A stretch of 64,000 nucleotides of DNA from Candidatus Aenigmatarchaeota archaeon (lineage in GTDB: Archaea > Aenigmatarchaeota > Aenigmatarchaeia > CG10238-14 > SCSR01), in assembly GCA_016213525.1 (NCBI GenBank), contig JACRAE010000006.1, forward strand, positions 16,691 to 80,690, read 5' to 3'. Numbering within the stretch: position 1 is the stretch's first letter; the number at the start of each line of letters is the position of its first letter. Below, piece after piece: positions 9,586-18,077 of this stretch. Position numbers and translations under genes: made by a program. The notes under the pieces are model-generated. The model was not told the DNA's origin. It saw nothing but the letters and a program-made list of their open reading frames with translations, and did no database searches.

Positions 9586-10494
9586 CTACTCTTTCTCCTC
9601 TATTACCTTCTTCAGCTCCTTGGATGTGTGTATGTCGGGAAGGTCGGACTCCAGCACGACCGGGACGCCGTGAACGGACTCCTGCCTAGACTTCTTGGCG
9701 ACAACGACGGCCTTCGACGAGAAGAAGTCGGATATGTTCCTGATGTTTATCGCGCGCTTCTTCAGCTTGTCGACGTTCTGCGATATCGAGGTTATGATTG
9801 AGAACTTCTCCTTGCCGACGTTCTCGAACGGGGAGGAGTATATCGGGGAGTTGTCTATGCCCATCCTAGTGAACTCCCTCCCCACGCTCTCCTGCAGCTC
9901 GTTCCTCGGCTTGAGGTACGTCGGGGGCGCGTCCTTTATGGAGTACGGCCTCTTGATGTCCGTCGAGAGTATGTCCTCAAGCTTGTCCACCGTGTCCTTC
10001 GTCGGCCTGACGCGGCTGTTCTCTATCTCGTACACGGCCTTCTTCGAGACGCCTATCTTCGCGGCGAGGGACTCCAGGGTGAAGCCCATCTCTTTCCTCT
10101 TGTTCCTCAGGAGGTCTGTGTCTATCTCCATTGTGTGCCTGCCCTTGGCCGCCTCGATTGCGGTCACGTCCTCCTGCATCGTGATGGCCTCGAAAAGCTT
10201 CGGCGTCATGACCGGTATGTCGAATCTGGAATAGACCACGTCGTCGTCCAGGGTCTCGCGGTTGTTCTTGGTGCAGACCACGACGGCCTGGCAGTTCATG
10301 AAGTATGCCACCGACCGCAGGCTCATCGCCTGGTCTTCCTTCAGGGCGTCTATGTTCATGAGGACCTTGATGAGTATTATCTTGCCGTCGCGCTTCGTCA
10401 TTATGTCGAAGTTGCCCTCCGTCTTGAGGACCTTGTAGCCCCCCTTCTCGAGTGAGGTCACCACCTTGCCCGTCAGGAAGTTCTTGTCAAACAA
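9586..10494 (-). CDS. XRE-type HTH transcription regulator (archaeal COG1395-like)
   Basis: Central HTH GFTLESLAAKIGVSKKAVYEIENSR. The domain layout matches conserved archaeal putative transcription factors. Confidence 0.55.
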   Translation of the reverse strand: MFDKNFLTGKVVTSLEKGGYKVLKTEGNFDIMTKRDGKIILIKVLMNIDALKEDQAMSLRSVAYFMNCQAVVVCTKNNRETLDDDVVYSRFDIPVMTPKLFEAITMQEDVTAIEAAKGRHTMEIDTDLLRNKRKEMGFTLESLAAKIGVSKKAVYEIENSRVRPTKDTVDKLEDILSTDIKRPYSIKDAPPTYLKPRNELQESVGREFTRMGIDNSPIYSSPFENVGKEKFSIITSISQNVDKLKKRAINIRNISDFFSSKAVVVAKKSRQESVHGVPVVLESDLPDIHTSKELKKVIEEKE

Positions 10495-10560
10495 TGGAAT
10501 CTACTGGTTACTTGTCCCGCGAAAATATTAAATGCGCGAGAAATCAAGCCTATTGAGAGA

Positions 10561-10680
10561 GGGAGGGTAGCTTAGCCTGGTTGGAGCGATCGACTTATAT
10601 GTCGACTAAGCGCCTGTCGCATGCTCTTGGGCATCGACTAGGAAATCGATAGGTCGCGGGTTCAAATCCCGCCCTTCCCA
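10561..10680 (+). tRNA. tRNA-Ile (anticodon TAT) with a ~45-nt intron in the anticodon loop
   Basis: Cloverleaf read by eye. Acceptor GGGAGGG/CCTTCCC, D-arm GCTT-AGCCTGGTTG-GAGC, anticodon stem ATCGA/TCGAT, loop CTTATA-[intron]-A, T-arm GCGGG-TTCAAAT-CCCGC, discriminator A. A TATA-like ATATTAAAT lies ~25 nt upstream. Confidence 0.7.
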
Positions 10681-10684
10681 TCGA

Positions 10685-11326
10685 CTATTTTTGCCGGTTC
10701 GCGCCGGCCTTCAGGAAGCTGACTATCCTCTTCCTCGGTATCACGCCCTCCCTCACCACCTCCACGCGGCCCCCGGTGACGTCGACGACCGTCGAGGGTC
10801 TGCCGTACTCGCACTCCCCCGAGTCGAGCACGACGTCCACCTTCTCGCCTATCTGCTCTATGGAGTCCTTCGCGCTCACCGGGTCCGTCTTGCCGGAGAG
10901 GTTTGCGGAGGTCGCCGTTATCGGGAAGCGCGTCTTCTCTAGAATGGCCTGCACAACTCTGTTGCTCGATATCCTGACGGCAATCCTGTCCCCGCCGAAA
11001 ATCTCACCGAGGTTTATCTTAGCTGGCAATATCAGAGTGATGGGCCCCGGCATGAAAAGCTCAGCAAGCCTCCTAGAATTTTCGTTGAAGACCGCGTACT
11101 TCTCCGCCTGCCCCAGGTCCCGGAAAACAATCGATATCGGCTTGTCTTCTTTTCTGCCTTTTATGTCGAAGACTTTCTGCGTCGACTCCGTGTCCATTAT
11201 GTTCGCCCCCAGACCGTAGAGTGTCTCGGTCGGGTACACCACTATCCCTCCCAGCTGGAGTATGCGGGCGGCCTTGTCCACGACGTCGGGCTGCGGCCTC
11301 TTAGGGTCGACCTTGAAAATCTGCAT
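10685..11326 (-). CDS. tsaC: L-threonylcarbamoyladenylate synthase, YrdC/TsaC-type
   Basis: YrdC-domain motifs TETLYGLGANIMD, KGRKEDKPISIVF, ATSANLSGK. The true start is the internal MQIFKV at 11326; the track ORF is extended upstream. Confidence 0.8.
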   Translation of the reverse strand: MQIFKVDPKRPQPDVVDKAARILQLGGIVVYPTETLYGLGANIMDTESTQKVFDIKGRKEDKPISIVFRDLGQAEKYAVFNENSRRLAELFMPGPITLILPAKINLGEIFGGDRIAVRISSNRVVQAILEKTRFPITATSANLSGKTDPVSAKDSIEQIGEKVDVVLDSGECEYGRPSTVVDVTGGRVEVVREGVIPRKRIVSFLKAGANRQK

Positions 11327-11357
11327 ACTAATAAAAACGGTTTGCGAATAATTAACT

Positions 11358-12908
11358 ATGTCAAATGAGGAGCACCGCGACTTCTGGCCGTTCGGCATAG
11401 CGAAGGAGCTGATTTCTGGCTGGGAGGCGGAGAGGCATGTCATAACCACCGGCGTGTCGATGTCCGGCGACCCGCACATAGGGAACGCGAACGACGTGAT
11501 AAGGGGCGACGCGATAAGGCTCGCCCTGGAGAAGCTCGGGGCGAAGGCGGAGCTAGTGTGGATATCGGACGACATGGACCCGTTCAGGAGCGTGCCGGCC
11601 GGGATGCCGCAGGAAATGGAGGATTATCTAGGGGTTCCGGCCGCCCTCATACCGGACTTCTGGGACGACGGGCACAAGGACTTCATCGAGCACTTCGAGG
11701 AAAAGTTCCTCAGGCAGCTAGCCGAGGTCGGGGTGAAGCCCACCGTGAAGCGCGGGATAGACATGTACAGGGCGGGCGAGTACAACGAGTCGATAAAGGT
11801 CGCGATGGGGAAGAGGGGAGAGGTAGCTGAGATACTGAACAAGTTCAAGCAGGTCAAGCTCGGCGAGGGCTGGTATCCGATAAACGTGATATGCGAGAAG
11901 TGCAGCAAGATTTCCACGACCGTCATCAAGGGCTACGACGAGGAGTCCTGCGAGGCCGAGTATTTTTGCAACGACGAGACAGTGCTCCTCCAGAGGAAGA
12001 ACCCGGTCAGGGGATGTGGGCACTCAGGCAAAGTCTCCGTGCTGGACGGGCACGCCAAGATAACGTGGAGGGTCGAGTGGCCTGCCAGATGGTCTTTCCT
12101 TGGGACGACGTGCGAGCCCTTCGGGAAGGAGCACTCGAGCGCCGGCGGCAGCTGGGACACCGGGAAGGAGATAGCAGAGAAGGTGTTCGGTTACAAGGCG
12201 CCGCATCCAGTGGTCTACGAGCACTTCCTCGTCAACGGCGAGAAGATGAGCAAGAGCAAGGGCAACGTGATTACGGTGGACGACATGCTGAGGTACATGC
12301 TGCCGCAGCACCTCAGGTACTGGATGTTCCAGGGAAGGCTGACGATAGCGAAGAACATTGTCTTGAAGGACATCTCGCCCAGGGTGTTCGACGAGTTCGA
12401 CAGGGCGGAGCTCGCGTACTTCGACCCAGAGTCCGTCGAGGACGAGAGGGAGAGGAACAACCTGGCGAGCGCCTACGAGCTGTCGATGTCGGGCAAGATA
12501 CCGACAGAGATGGTCCACATACCGTTCGCCGAGATGAAGTCGCTCGTGGAGAGCGGCGAGAAGATAAAGACGGGCGGGGGGATCGCGGAGAAGAAGGTCG
12601 AGATAGTGCGCAATTGGGTCAGGGACTTCGAGCCGAAGAAGGAGGAGGCGAAGTTGGAGGTCGAAATCGGCGACGCGGAGAGGAGGGTTCTGCGGGACCT
12701 GATAGAGGTCATAGAGTCCGAGAAAGGAGGGGACGAGCTGCAGACGGGAATTTTCGAAGTCGCGAAGAGGAACGGCATGAGACCGGCGGACTTCTTCAGG
12801 CTCGTCTACGGAGTCCTCCTCGGATCCGATAAAGGACCCAGACTCGGCCCGTACATAGCGGAGACGGGAAAAGCAAAAGTAATAGGGAAACTAAAGAATG
12901 CAATATGA
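11358..12908 (+). CDS. lysK: Lysyl-tRNA synthetase, class I (archaeal type)
   Basis: HIGN (HIGH-like) and KMSKS motifs. Length 516 aa, typical of LysRS-I. Confidence 0.9.
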   Translation: MSNEEHRDFWPFGIAKELISGWEAERHVITTGVSMSGDPHIGNANDVIRGDAIRLALEKLGAKAELVWISDDMDPFRSVPAGMPQEMEDYLGVPAALIPDFWDDGHKDFIEHFEEKFLRQLAEVGVKPTVKRGIDMYRAGEYNESIKVAMGKRGEVAEILNKFKQVKLGEGWYPINVICEKCSKISTTVIKGYDEESCEAEYFCNDETVLLQRKNPVRGCGHSGKVSVLDGHAKITWRVEWPARWSFLGTTCEPFGKEHSSAGGSWDTGKEIAEKVFGYKAPHPVVYEHFLVNGEKMSKSKGNVITVDDMLRYMLPQHLRYWMFQGRLTIAKNIVLKDISPRVFDEFDRAELAYFDPESVEDERERNNLASAYELSMSGKIPTEMVHIPFAEMKSLVESGEKIKTGGGIAEKKVEIVRNWVRDFEPKKEEAKLEVEIGDAERRVLRDLIEVIESEKGGDELQTGIFEVAKRNGMRPADFFRLVYGVLLGSDKGPRLGPYIAETGKAKVIGKLKNAI

Positions 12909-13936
12909 GTTCGGTCTTCAAGAACGAGTCCGTGATGTCGCCGGACTTCCTGCCATCCATACTGCCTTTCAGGGAGACGCAGGTCGCGCGGATAGCCGAG
13001 AACATGGAGTCCGCAGCCGACGGCGGATCGGGCCAGAACACTTTCATATTCGGGCCGCCGGGAATAGGGAAGACGGCCACGGTCAGGTTCGTTTTCAGGC
13101 AGTTCGAGGACGAGTATCCGGGCATCAGGGCCGTCTATGTCAACTGCTGGGACTGCAACACCTCGATAGCCGTGATGTCCAAGATAACGAACGACCTGGG
13201 AGTCTTCGTGCCGCGGAGGGGTCTGGGGAAGGACGAGGTTTCAGGGAAGTTTCAGGAGGCCGTAGGGAAGTCCAAGGGCGGCGTCGTGGTCTGCCTGGAC
13301 GAGGTCGACCAGCTTGTCAACAAGGAACCGGGCGCCCTCTACAGCCTCATACGACTGGGAGGCCCGAGGCAGCTCACGCTGGTAATGATATCGAACGACC
13401 CTCACATAATGTCGAAGCTTGAGAACAGGGTAACGAGCAGCCTCAGCGCCGAGGAGGTCGAGTTCAGGTCCTACAATATCGACGAGATGAAGGGCATACT
13501 CTCAGAGAGGGCCAGGACCGCGTTCTCGTCTTTCGAAAGCGCTGCGATAATGCTCGCGGCGAACCACGCCATACGGAAGGGCGGGGACGTCAGGGTCGGG
13601 CTTCAGTGCCTCCAGAGAGCCGGCAGAGTCGCCGAGAAGGTCGGGGATTCGAGGCTCTTGGCGAAGCATGTGAGGGACGTCGTATCCGTCGTCAAGGAGG
13701 CGAAGCCCCAGATAGTCATGAAGAAGCTCAACGCGCACGAGAAGTCCATAGTAGAGATAGTCGCGAAGAAGTCTCCGATGTCCTTCGGGGAGCTGTTCGC
13801 GGCGTACAGGAAGTCCGTGGAGAAGCCGTCGAGCGAGAGGATGGTGCAGGAATACGTGAGGCACCTCGAGCAGGCGAAGATGATAAGGCTCAGCGAGAAG
13901 AAGGTCGCGGGCAAGAGGATGGTCTATGCGGTCTGA
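12905..13936 (+). CDS. orc1: Orc1/Cdc6 replication initiator
   Basis: AAA+ Walker A GPPGIGKT. ETQVARIAE-type N-terminus. C-terminal winged helix. It overlaps lysK by 4 nt (ATGA). Confidence 0.85.
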   Translation: MSSVFKNESVMSPDFLPSILPFRETQVARIAENMESAADGGSGQNTFIFGPPGIGKTATVRFVFRQFEDEYPGIRAVYVNCWDCNTSIAVMSKITNDLGVFVPRRGLGKDEVSGKFQEAVGKSKGGVVVCLDEVDQLVNKEPGALYSLIRLGGPRQLTLVMISNDPHIMSKLENRVTSSLSAEEVEFRSYNIDEMKGILSERARTAFSSFESAAIMLAANHAIRKGGDVRVGLQCLQRAGRVAEKVGDSRLLAKHVRDVVSVVKEAKPQIVMKKLNAHEKSIVEIVAKKSPMSFGELFAAYRKSVEKPSSERMVQEYVRHLEQAKMIRLSEKKVAGKRMVYAV

Positions 13937-14331
13937 GATTTTTTCATTCTGTGCTTCAACGAGTAATTCGAAGTGTGGTGTTTTACCAGAATCTCTGTTA
14001 GGTCGCCTAGTTTCCGATTGAACACGTCGTCGCATTCTCGGAAAGTCTCTTTCATCTCCTTCATAATATTTTTGTTGTAGGAAACCGGGACCGATATCAG
14101 GACCCTTATCGAGCCCCCGTCGCCGGATTTTCCCACCTCATAGTCCTTCACTTTGACTTCATTTTTGTAGAACTGCTCTATCTCCCCCTTCACATAGTCT
14201 CCGACCCTACAGCCCGAGTGGTCCTTGACGCTGCACCTGGAGGTGCGTGGCAGGCCGTTCCTTTCATCCAACGAGTAAACGGAGTGCCCCTTAAAATTAA
14301 TTTTAATTTCAAACAGCCTGTCGTCTTTCAT
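13924..14331 (-). CDS. Hypothetical lysine-rich protein
   Basis: ORF in a lower-GC stretch with protein-like composition. Confidence 0.3.
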   Translation of the reverse strand: MKDDRLFEIKINFKGHSVYSLDERNGLPRTSRCSVKDHSGCRVGDYVKGEIEQFYKNEVKVKDYEVGKSGDGGSIRVLISVPVSYNKNIMKEMKETFRECDDVFNRKLGDLTEILVKHHTSNYSLKHRMKKSQTA

Positions 14332-14367
14332 GATTTGATATTGTGGGTCTAAAGGATTTATCCGCCT

Positions 14368-15768
14368 CTAGGGGACGAGGCGCTTGGGGTCCCTCGCGAA
14401 CAGCGTCGACTCGCGCACGTTCTCCAGGTCGAGAAGCTTCTCGACAAACCTCTCTATGCCTATGGCGAAGCCCCCGTGAGGACATGCGCCGTACTTGAAG
14501 GGGTCCGTGAACCAGCTCATCGTCTTCGGGTCGATCTTCTTCTCGTGCAGCTGTGAGATTACTTTGTCGTACCTGTGCTCCCTCTGGCCGCCGGACGACT
14601 GCTCCAGGCCCTTGAATACCATGTCGACGCTCCTCGCCCATGTCTGGTCGTCGTCAACCTTCATCACGTAGAAGGGCTTGACCGCGAACGGGAACCTATT
14701 GACGAAGAAGAAGTCGTGGTTGTGCTTCTCCTTCACGTACTTCGACAGGGCAAGCTCCGCCTCCCTGTCATAATCCTGGCCGAACGGGACCTTGATTCCC
14801 ACGTCCTCCAGAATTTTATAGACGTCGGGGAACGCGAGCTCCGGGAAGTTCCTCTTCGGAATCTGTATCTCCTTCTTCAGCAGGCCGAGCTCCCTCTGGC
14901 AGTCCTCAGCGACCTTTCTTATCGTGTGAATCACCATGTCCTCCTGCATCTTCATGACGTCCTTCTCGTCTTTGATGAAAGACATCTCCACGGCGCAGCT
15001 CCTGAACTCCGTCATGTGCCTCGTCGTCAGGCTCATCTCGGCCCTCCAGCTGGGGCCCATGTCGTAGACCCTGTCGAAGCCGGCGAGCATGAGAAGCTGC
15101 CTGTGGAGCTGCGGGTCCTGCCTCAGGAAGGCCTCCGTCTCGAAGTATTTCACCTTGAATACCTCGGATCCGCCCTCCGACGCCCCGCCCATCAGGCAAG
15201 GCGTGTTCGTGTTCACGAATCCCCTTGACTCGAGGAACTCGCGCATCGCGGACATGACCTTGGACTCTATCTTGAAAATTGCGAGGCTGTCGGGCTTCCT
15301 CAGGTCCATGACGCGGTTGTCCATCCTGGTGTCAAATAGGGCCGGCGTGACCTCCCTTGGGTCTAGCGGTAGAGGGGTGACGGACTTGGAGACTATTTCG
15401 ATCTCGTCCGGCAGTATCTCGAACCCTATCTTGGCGACCTTGCTCTTCACGACCTTGCCCCTGACGGAGAGCACGTCCTCCTGCCTCAGCTTCGGAAAAA
15501 TATCCATTATCTCCTTCGTCGACTTCGTCTTAATACCGGTGACCTGGACTATGCCGCCCGCATCCCTCAGAAGGACGAAGTTTATCCCGCCGAGCACGCG
15601 GACGTCGTGAACCCACCCGGAGACGACTACTTCCTTGTCTACCATCTCTTCGAGCTCGTTTGTATATTTGGTACGTTGCAGAAACTTCACCCTACGACGT
15701 TGAAAACGATTATCCAGGAGGTAAGCCAGACGAGGAAGAAACTGGGCATGCTGTTGGTCAGGACCCAT
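14368..15768 (-). CDS. aspS: Aspartyl-tRNA synthetase (archaeal/eukaryal type; AsnRS not excluded)
   Basis: N-terminal OB fold (RTKYTNEL..VVVSGWV) and class II catalytic core. The true start is probably the GTG near 15690. Confidence 0.85.
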   Translation of the reverse strand: MGPDQQHAQFLPRLAYLLDNRFQRRRVKFLQRTKYTNELEEMVDKEVVVSGWVHDVRVLGGINFVLLRDAGGIVQVTGIKTKSTKEIMDIFPKLRQEDVLSVRGKVVKSKVAKIGFEILPDEIEIVSKSVTPLPLDPREVTPALFDTRMDNRVMDLRKPDSLAIFKIESKVMSAMREFLESRGFVNTNTPCLMGGASEGGSEVFKVKYFETEAFLRQDPQLHRQLLMLAGFDRVYDMGPSWRAEMSLTTRHMTEFRSCAVEMSFIKDEKDVMKMQEDMVIHTIRKVAEDCQRELGLLKKEIQIPKRNFPELAFPDVYKILEDVGIKVPFGQDYDREAELALSKYVKEKHNHDFFFVNRFPFAVKPFYVMKVDDDQTWARSVDMVFKGLEQSSGGQREHRYDKVISQLHEKKIDPKTMSWFTDPFKYGACPHGGFAIGIERFVEKLLDLENVRESTLFARDPKRLVP

Positions 15769-15935
15769 TTTATTTTCTTGCTGTCGTCGAATGTCTTGGA
15801 CAGGAAGAACGTTGCCGCATATCCGGCCGCGCCCGCCCCGACGGCCAGCATCTCAGATCCTAATATGGCGGAAACCGCTCCTGCAGCCAGTCCGATGGCG
15901 GTCGATGCTATTCCTATTTTCTGTTCGGGCTTCAT
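15687..15935 (-). CDS. Small membrane protein (hypothetical)
   Basis: 82-aa ORF with two predicted TM helices. It overlaps the extended aspS N-terminus. Confidence 0.25.
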   Translation of the reverse strand: MKPEQKIGIASTAIGLAAGAVSAILGSEMLAVGAGAAGYAATFFLSKTFDDSKKIKWVLTNSMPSFFLVWLTSWIIVFNVVG

Positions 15936-15978
15936 TTCAATCTGAAAAGAATACTATCGTTGGTGTTAATAAAACTCT

Positions 15979-16674
15979 CTACTCGCATCCCTGTTTCCTC
16001 TTCGACGAGAAGAACTCCCCGACTTTTTTCTGCCAGTTCTTCTCTATTATGTTCTGGGTCGTCATCCAAGACTTCCTCACGAACGACGGGAGCTCCTTCT
16101 TCTCCCTCACGAAGGACTCTATGAAGTCCGTCGTCCTCTTGTCGTGCGGGTACCCGACGCCGAAGTCCACGCCGACCCTCTTCTTCAGGTCCTCTATCGC
16201 CCTGTCTCTCTCCACCTTCGCCACTATGCTGGCGGCCGACACCACGACGACGGACTCGTCCATGTAGTTCTTCACCACCATGTCCGCCTTCTTTCCCTTC
16301 ATGTAGCCGACTATCTTCTTCTCGAATCCCTTAGGGTTCGACGAGAGCGCGTCTACGTACACCGTGCCCGGCGAGTCGTTCATCGTTATTATCTGGGCCA
16401 TCTTCATAGCCTCTATCATGTCGAGGTTCTGGCCGGACGCGCGGTAGTCGTCTATCGTGCACGGCTGAACGCGCAGGACTATTATGTTGGACGCGACCTT
16501 CTCGATTTTGCCTGCGAGCTCCTCCCTCCTCTTCGGCTTCAGGACCTTCGAGTCCTTGCAGCCCATCTCCTTCAGCTTCGCCTCGTCCTCTTTCCTGACT
16601 GTGACACCGGCTATCACGAGCGGTCCTAAGACAGCTCCCCTTCCAGCCTCATCGATGCCAGTTATGTTTTGCAT
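15979..16674 (-). CDS. rnhB: Ribonuclease HII
   Basis: N-terminus GIDEAGRGAVLGPLV. Length 231 aa. Confidence 0.85.
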   Translation of the reverse strand: MQNITGIDEAGRGAVLGPLVIAGVTVRKEDEAKLKEMGCKDSKVLKPKRREELAGKIEKVASNIIVLRVQPCTIDDYRASGQNLDMIEAMKMAQIITMNDSPGTVYVDALSSNPKGFEKKIVGYMKGKKADMVVKNYMDESVVVVSAASIVAKVERDRAIEDLKKRVGVDFGVGYPHDKRTTDFIESFVREKKELPSFVRKSWMTTQNIIEKNWQKKVGEFFSSKRKQGCE

Positions 16675-17217
16675 TCAGAAAAGCCCTGTTACAGATTGCC
16701 CAGTCGGTGCTTTAAGTTTTTTCGTGACCTTATGTCTCTTGTGCCAGACCTCGAGAGAATCAGCCGCCAGGTTTTGAGAGGCAAATCCATCGAGGACGCG
16801 GTCGGCAAGTTCGACTGGCAGGAGTTCGAGAGGATAGTCGGCGACATATTCAGGCAGAACGACTTCCGCGTGAGCAACAACTTCCGCTTCAAAACAGGCA
16901 GAAGGTGGGAGGTCGACTTGGTTGCGGTGCGTGGGGGCACCGTGTTCTGCGTCGACTGCAAGCGCTGGTCAGCCGGGAGGCCGAAGAAGTGGGGTATAGC
17001 GAAGGCCGCTAGGGAGCAGGAGAAGCGAACCAAGGCGATGGGAAAATTTTTCAGGTCGAACGTCATAGCGAGGTCGCTCATGGGAATTCCGAACGGCAGG
17101 TTCGTGCCGATGATGGCCACGCTCCATGAGGAGGAGGTTGTTAGGGAGGGTCAGACGTTCGTAGTTCCGGTGAAGAAGCTCAACTCGTTCATAGTGCAGA
17201 GCGACGAGCTTTTGTGA
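16669..17217 (+). CDS. Mrr-cat/restriction endonuclease-like PD-(D/E)xK protein
   Basis: FERIVGDIF..GRRWEVDLVAV..VDCKRW matches the Mrr catalytic domain pattern. Likely start is MSLVPD near 16732. Confidence 0.55.
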   Translation: MHSEKPCYRLPSRCFKFFRDLMSLVPDLERISRQVLRGKSIEDAVGKFDWQEFERIVGDIFRQNDFRVSNNFRFKTGRRWEVDLVAVRGGTVFCVDCKRWSAGRPKKWGIAKAAREQEKRTKAMGKFFRSNVIARSLMGIPNGRFVPMMATLHEEEVVREGQTFVVPVKKLNSFIVQSDELL

Positions 17218-17231
17218 GTTGAAAATACACC

Positions 17232-17239
17232 TATATAAA
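17232..17239 (+). promoter_or_regulatory. TATA box upstream of tbp
   Basis: TATATAAA ~33 nt upstream of the GTG start, suggesting a short-leader transcript. Confidence 0.5.
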
Positions 17240-17272
17240 CCCTTCCAAACAATTATAAGGAAGGTATAATTA

Positions 17273-17926
17273 GTGGCTAACAAGTTCGGTATACGCGTTG
17301 AAAACATAGTTGCTTCTGCCAGCCTCGGAGTCGAGGTTCCGCTCGAGAAGATAGTTTCTAAGATGGAAGGCATGGAGTACGAGCCCGAGCAGTTCCCGGG
17401 CCTGGTATACAGGATGACCGATCCTAAGGCCGCGGCTTTGATATTCGGGTCCGGCAAGATAGTCTGTACCGGGGCCAGGAGCCTGGACGACGTAAAGGAG
17501 GTTTTCAGGAAGGTTGTTCTTATCGTGAAGAAGTCCGGCGCGAAGGTCCCGAAGGAGTACAAGTTCCAGGTAGAAAACATCGTCTCGTCCGCGAAGCTCG
17601 AGTCTAAGCTGAACCTGGACGACATAGCGTTCAACTTGGAGAACTCCGAGTACGAGCCCGAGCAGTTCCCGGGCCTCGTCTACAGGATGACCGAGCCGAA
17701 GGTCGCGTTCCTGTTGTTCGGCTCCGGTAAGATTGTCATCACGGGCGCGAGGAGCGTCAAGGACGTCAACACGGCCGTCGAGAAGGTCTCGAGGAAGCTC
17801 AAGGCCATAGGCGCCTTCAAGAAGGAGACTCCTGAGTCCATAGAGGAGGACAGGAAGAAGGAGGCCAAGATCGCGAGCAAGAAGGCGGCGAAGGAAGCGG
17901 CCGCGGCCGCTGCAGGCAAGAAGTAA
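17273..17926 (+). CDS. tbp: TATA-box binding protein
   Basis: Two TBP repeats (ENIVASA..QFPGLVYRM..). GTG start. Basic K/A-rich C-terminal tail. Confidence 0.9.
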   Translation: MANKFGIRVENIVASASLGVEVPLEKIVSKMEGMEYEPEQFPGLVYRMTDPKAAALIFGSGKIVCTGARSLDDVKEVFRKVVLIVKKSGAKVPKEYKFQVENIVSSAKLESKLNLDDIAFNLENSEYEPEQFPGLVYRMTEPKVAFLLFGSGKIVITGARSVKDVNTAVEKVSRKLKAIGAFKKETPESIEEDRKKEAKIASKKAAKEAAAAAAGKK

Positions 17927-18077
17927 TATTTTTTCTCGTGTCTTTCGATTCGTTCCCGGCGGTCCTGTGTCCGCGCGCAGCGTATTTTTAAATTTTAAGA
18001 GAGTAGACTTCCGGTTCGGAATTTTTTTGGAATCATTTCATAAATTGAAAAGTTAAAAGAGCCTGACGTCAAGATAA

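Noticed and set aside
11891-12832. 313-aa ORF overlapping lysK in another frame, plus the 21908–23041 and 39061–40473 ORFs antisense to RFC-L and LeuRS
   Set aside because: Frame-shadow ORFs with extreme Arg/Gly/Glu composition, nested in confidently identified genes.
13937-14367. AT-richer stretch downstream of orc1 considered as a replication origin
   Set aside because: It encodes a plausible lysine-rich protein. No ORB-like repeated elements or long intergenic space found.
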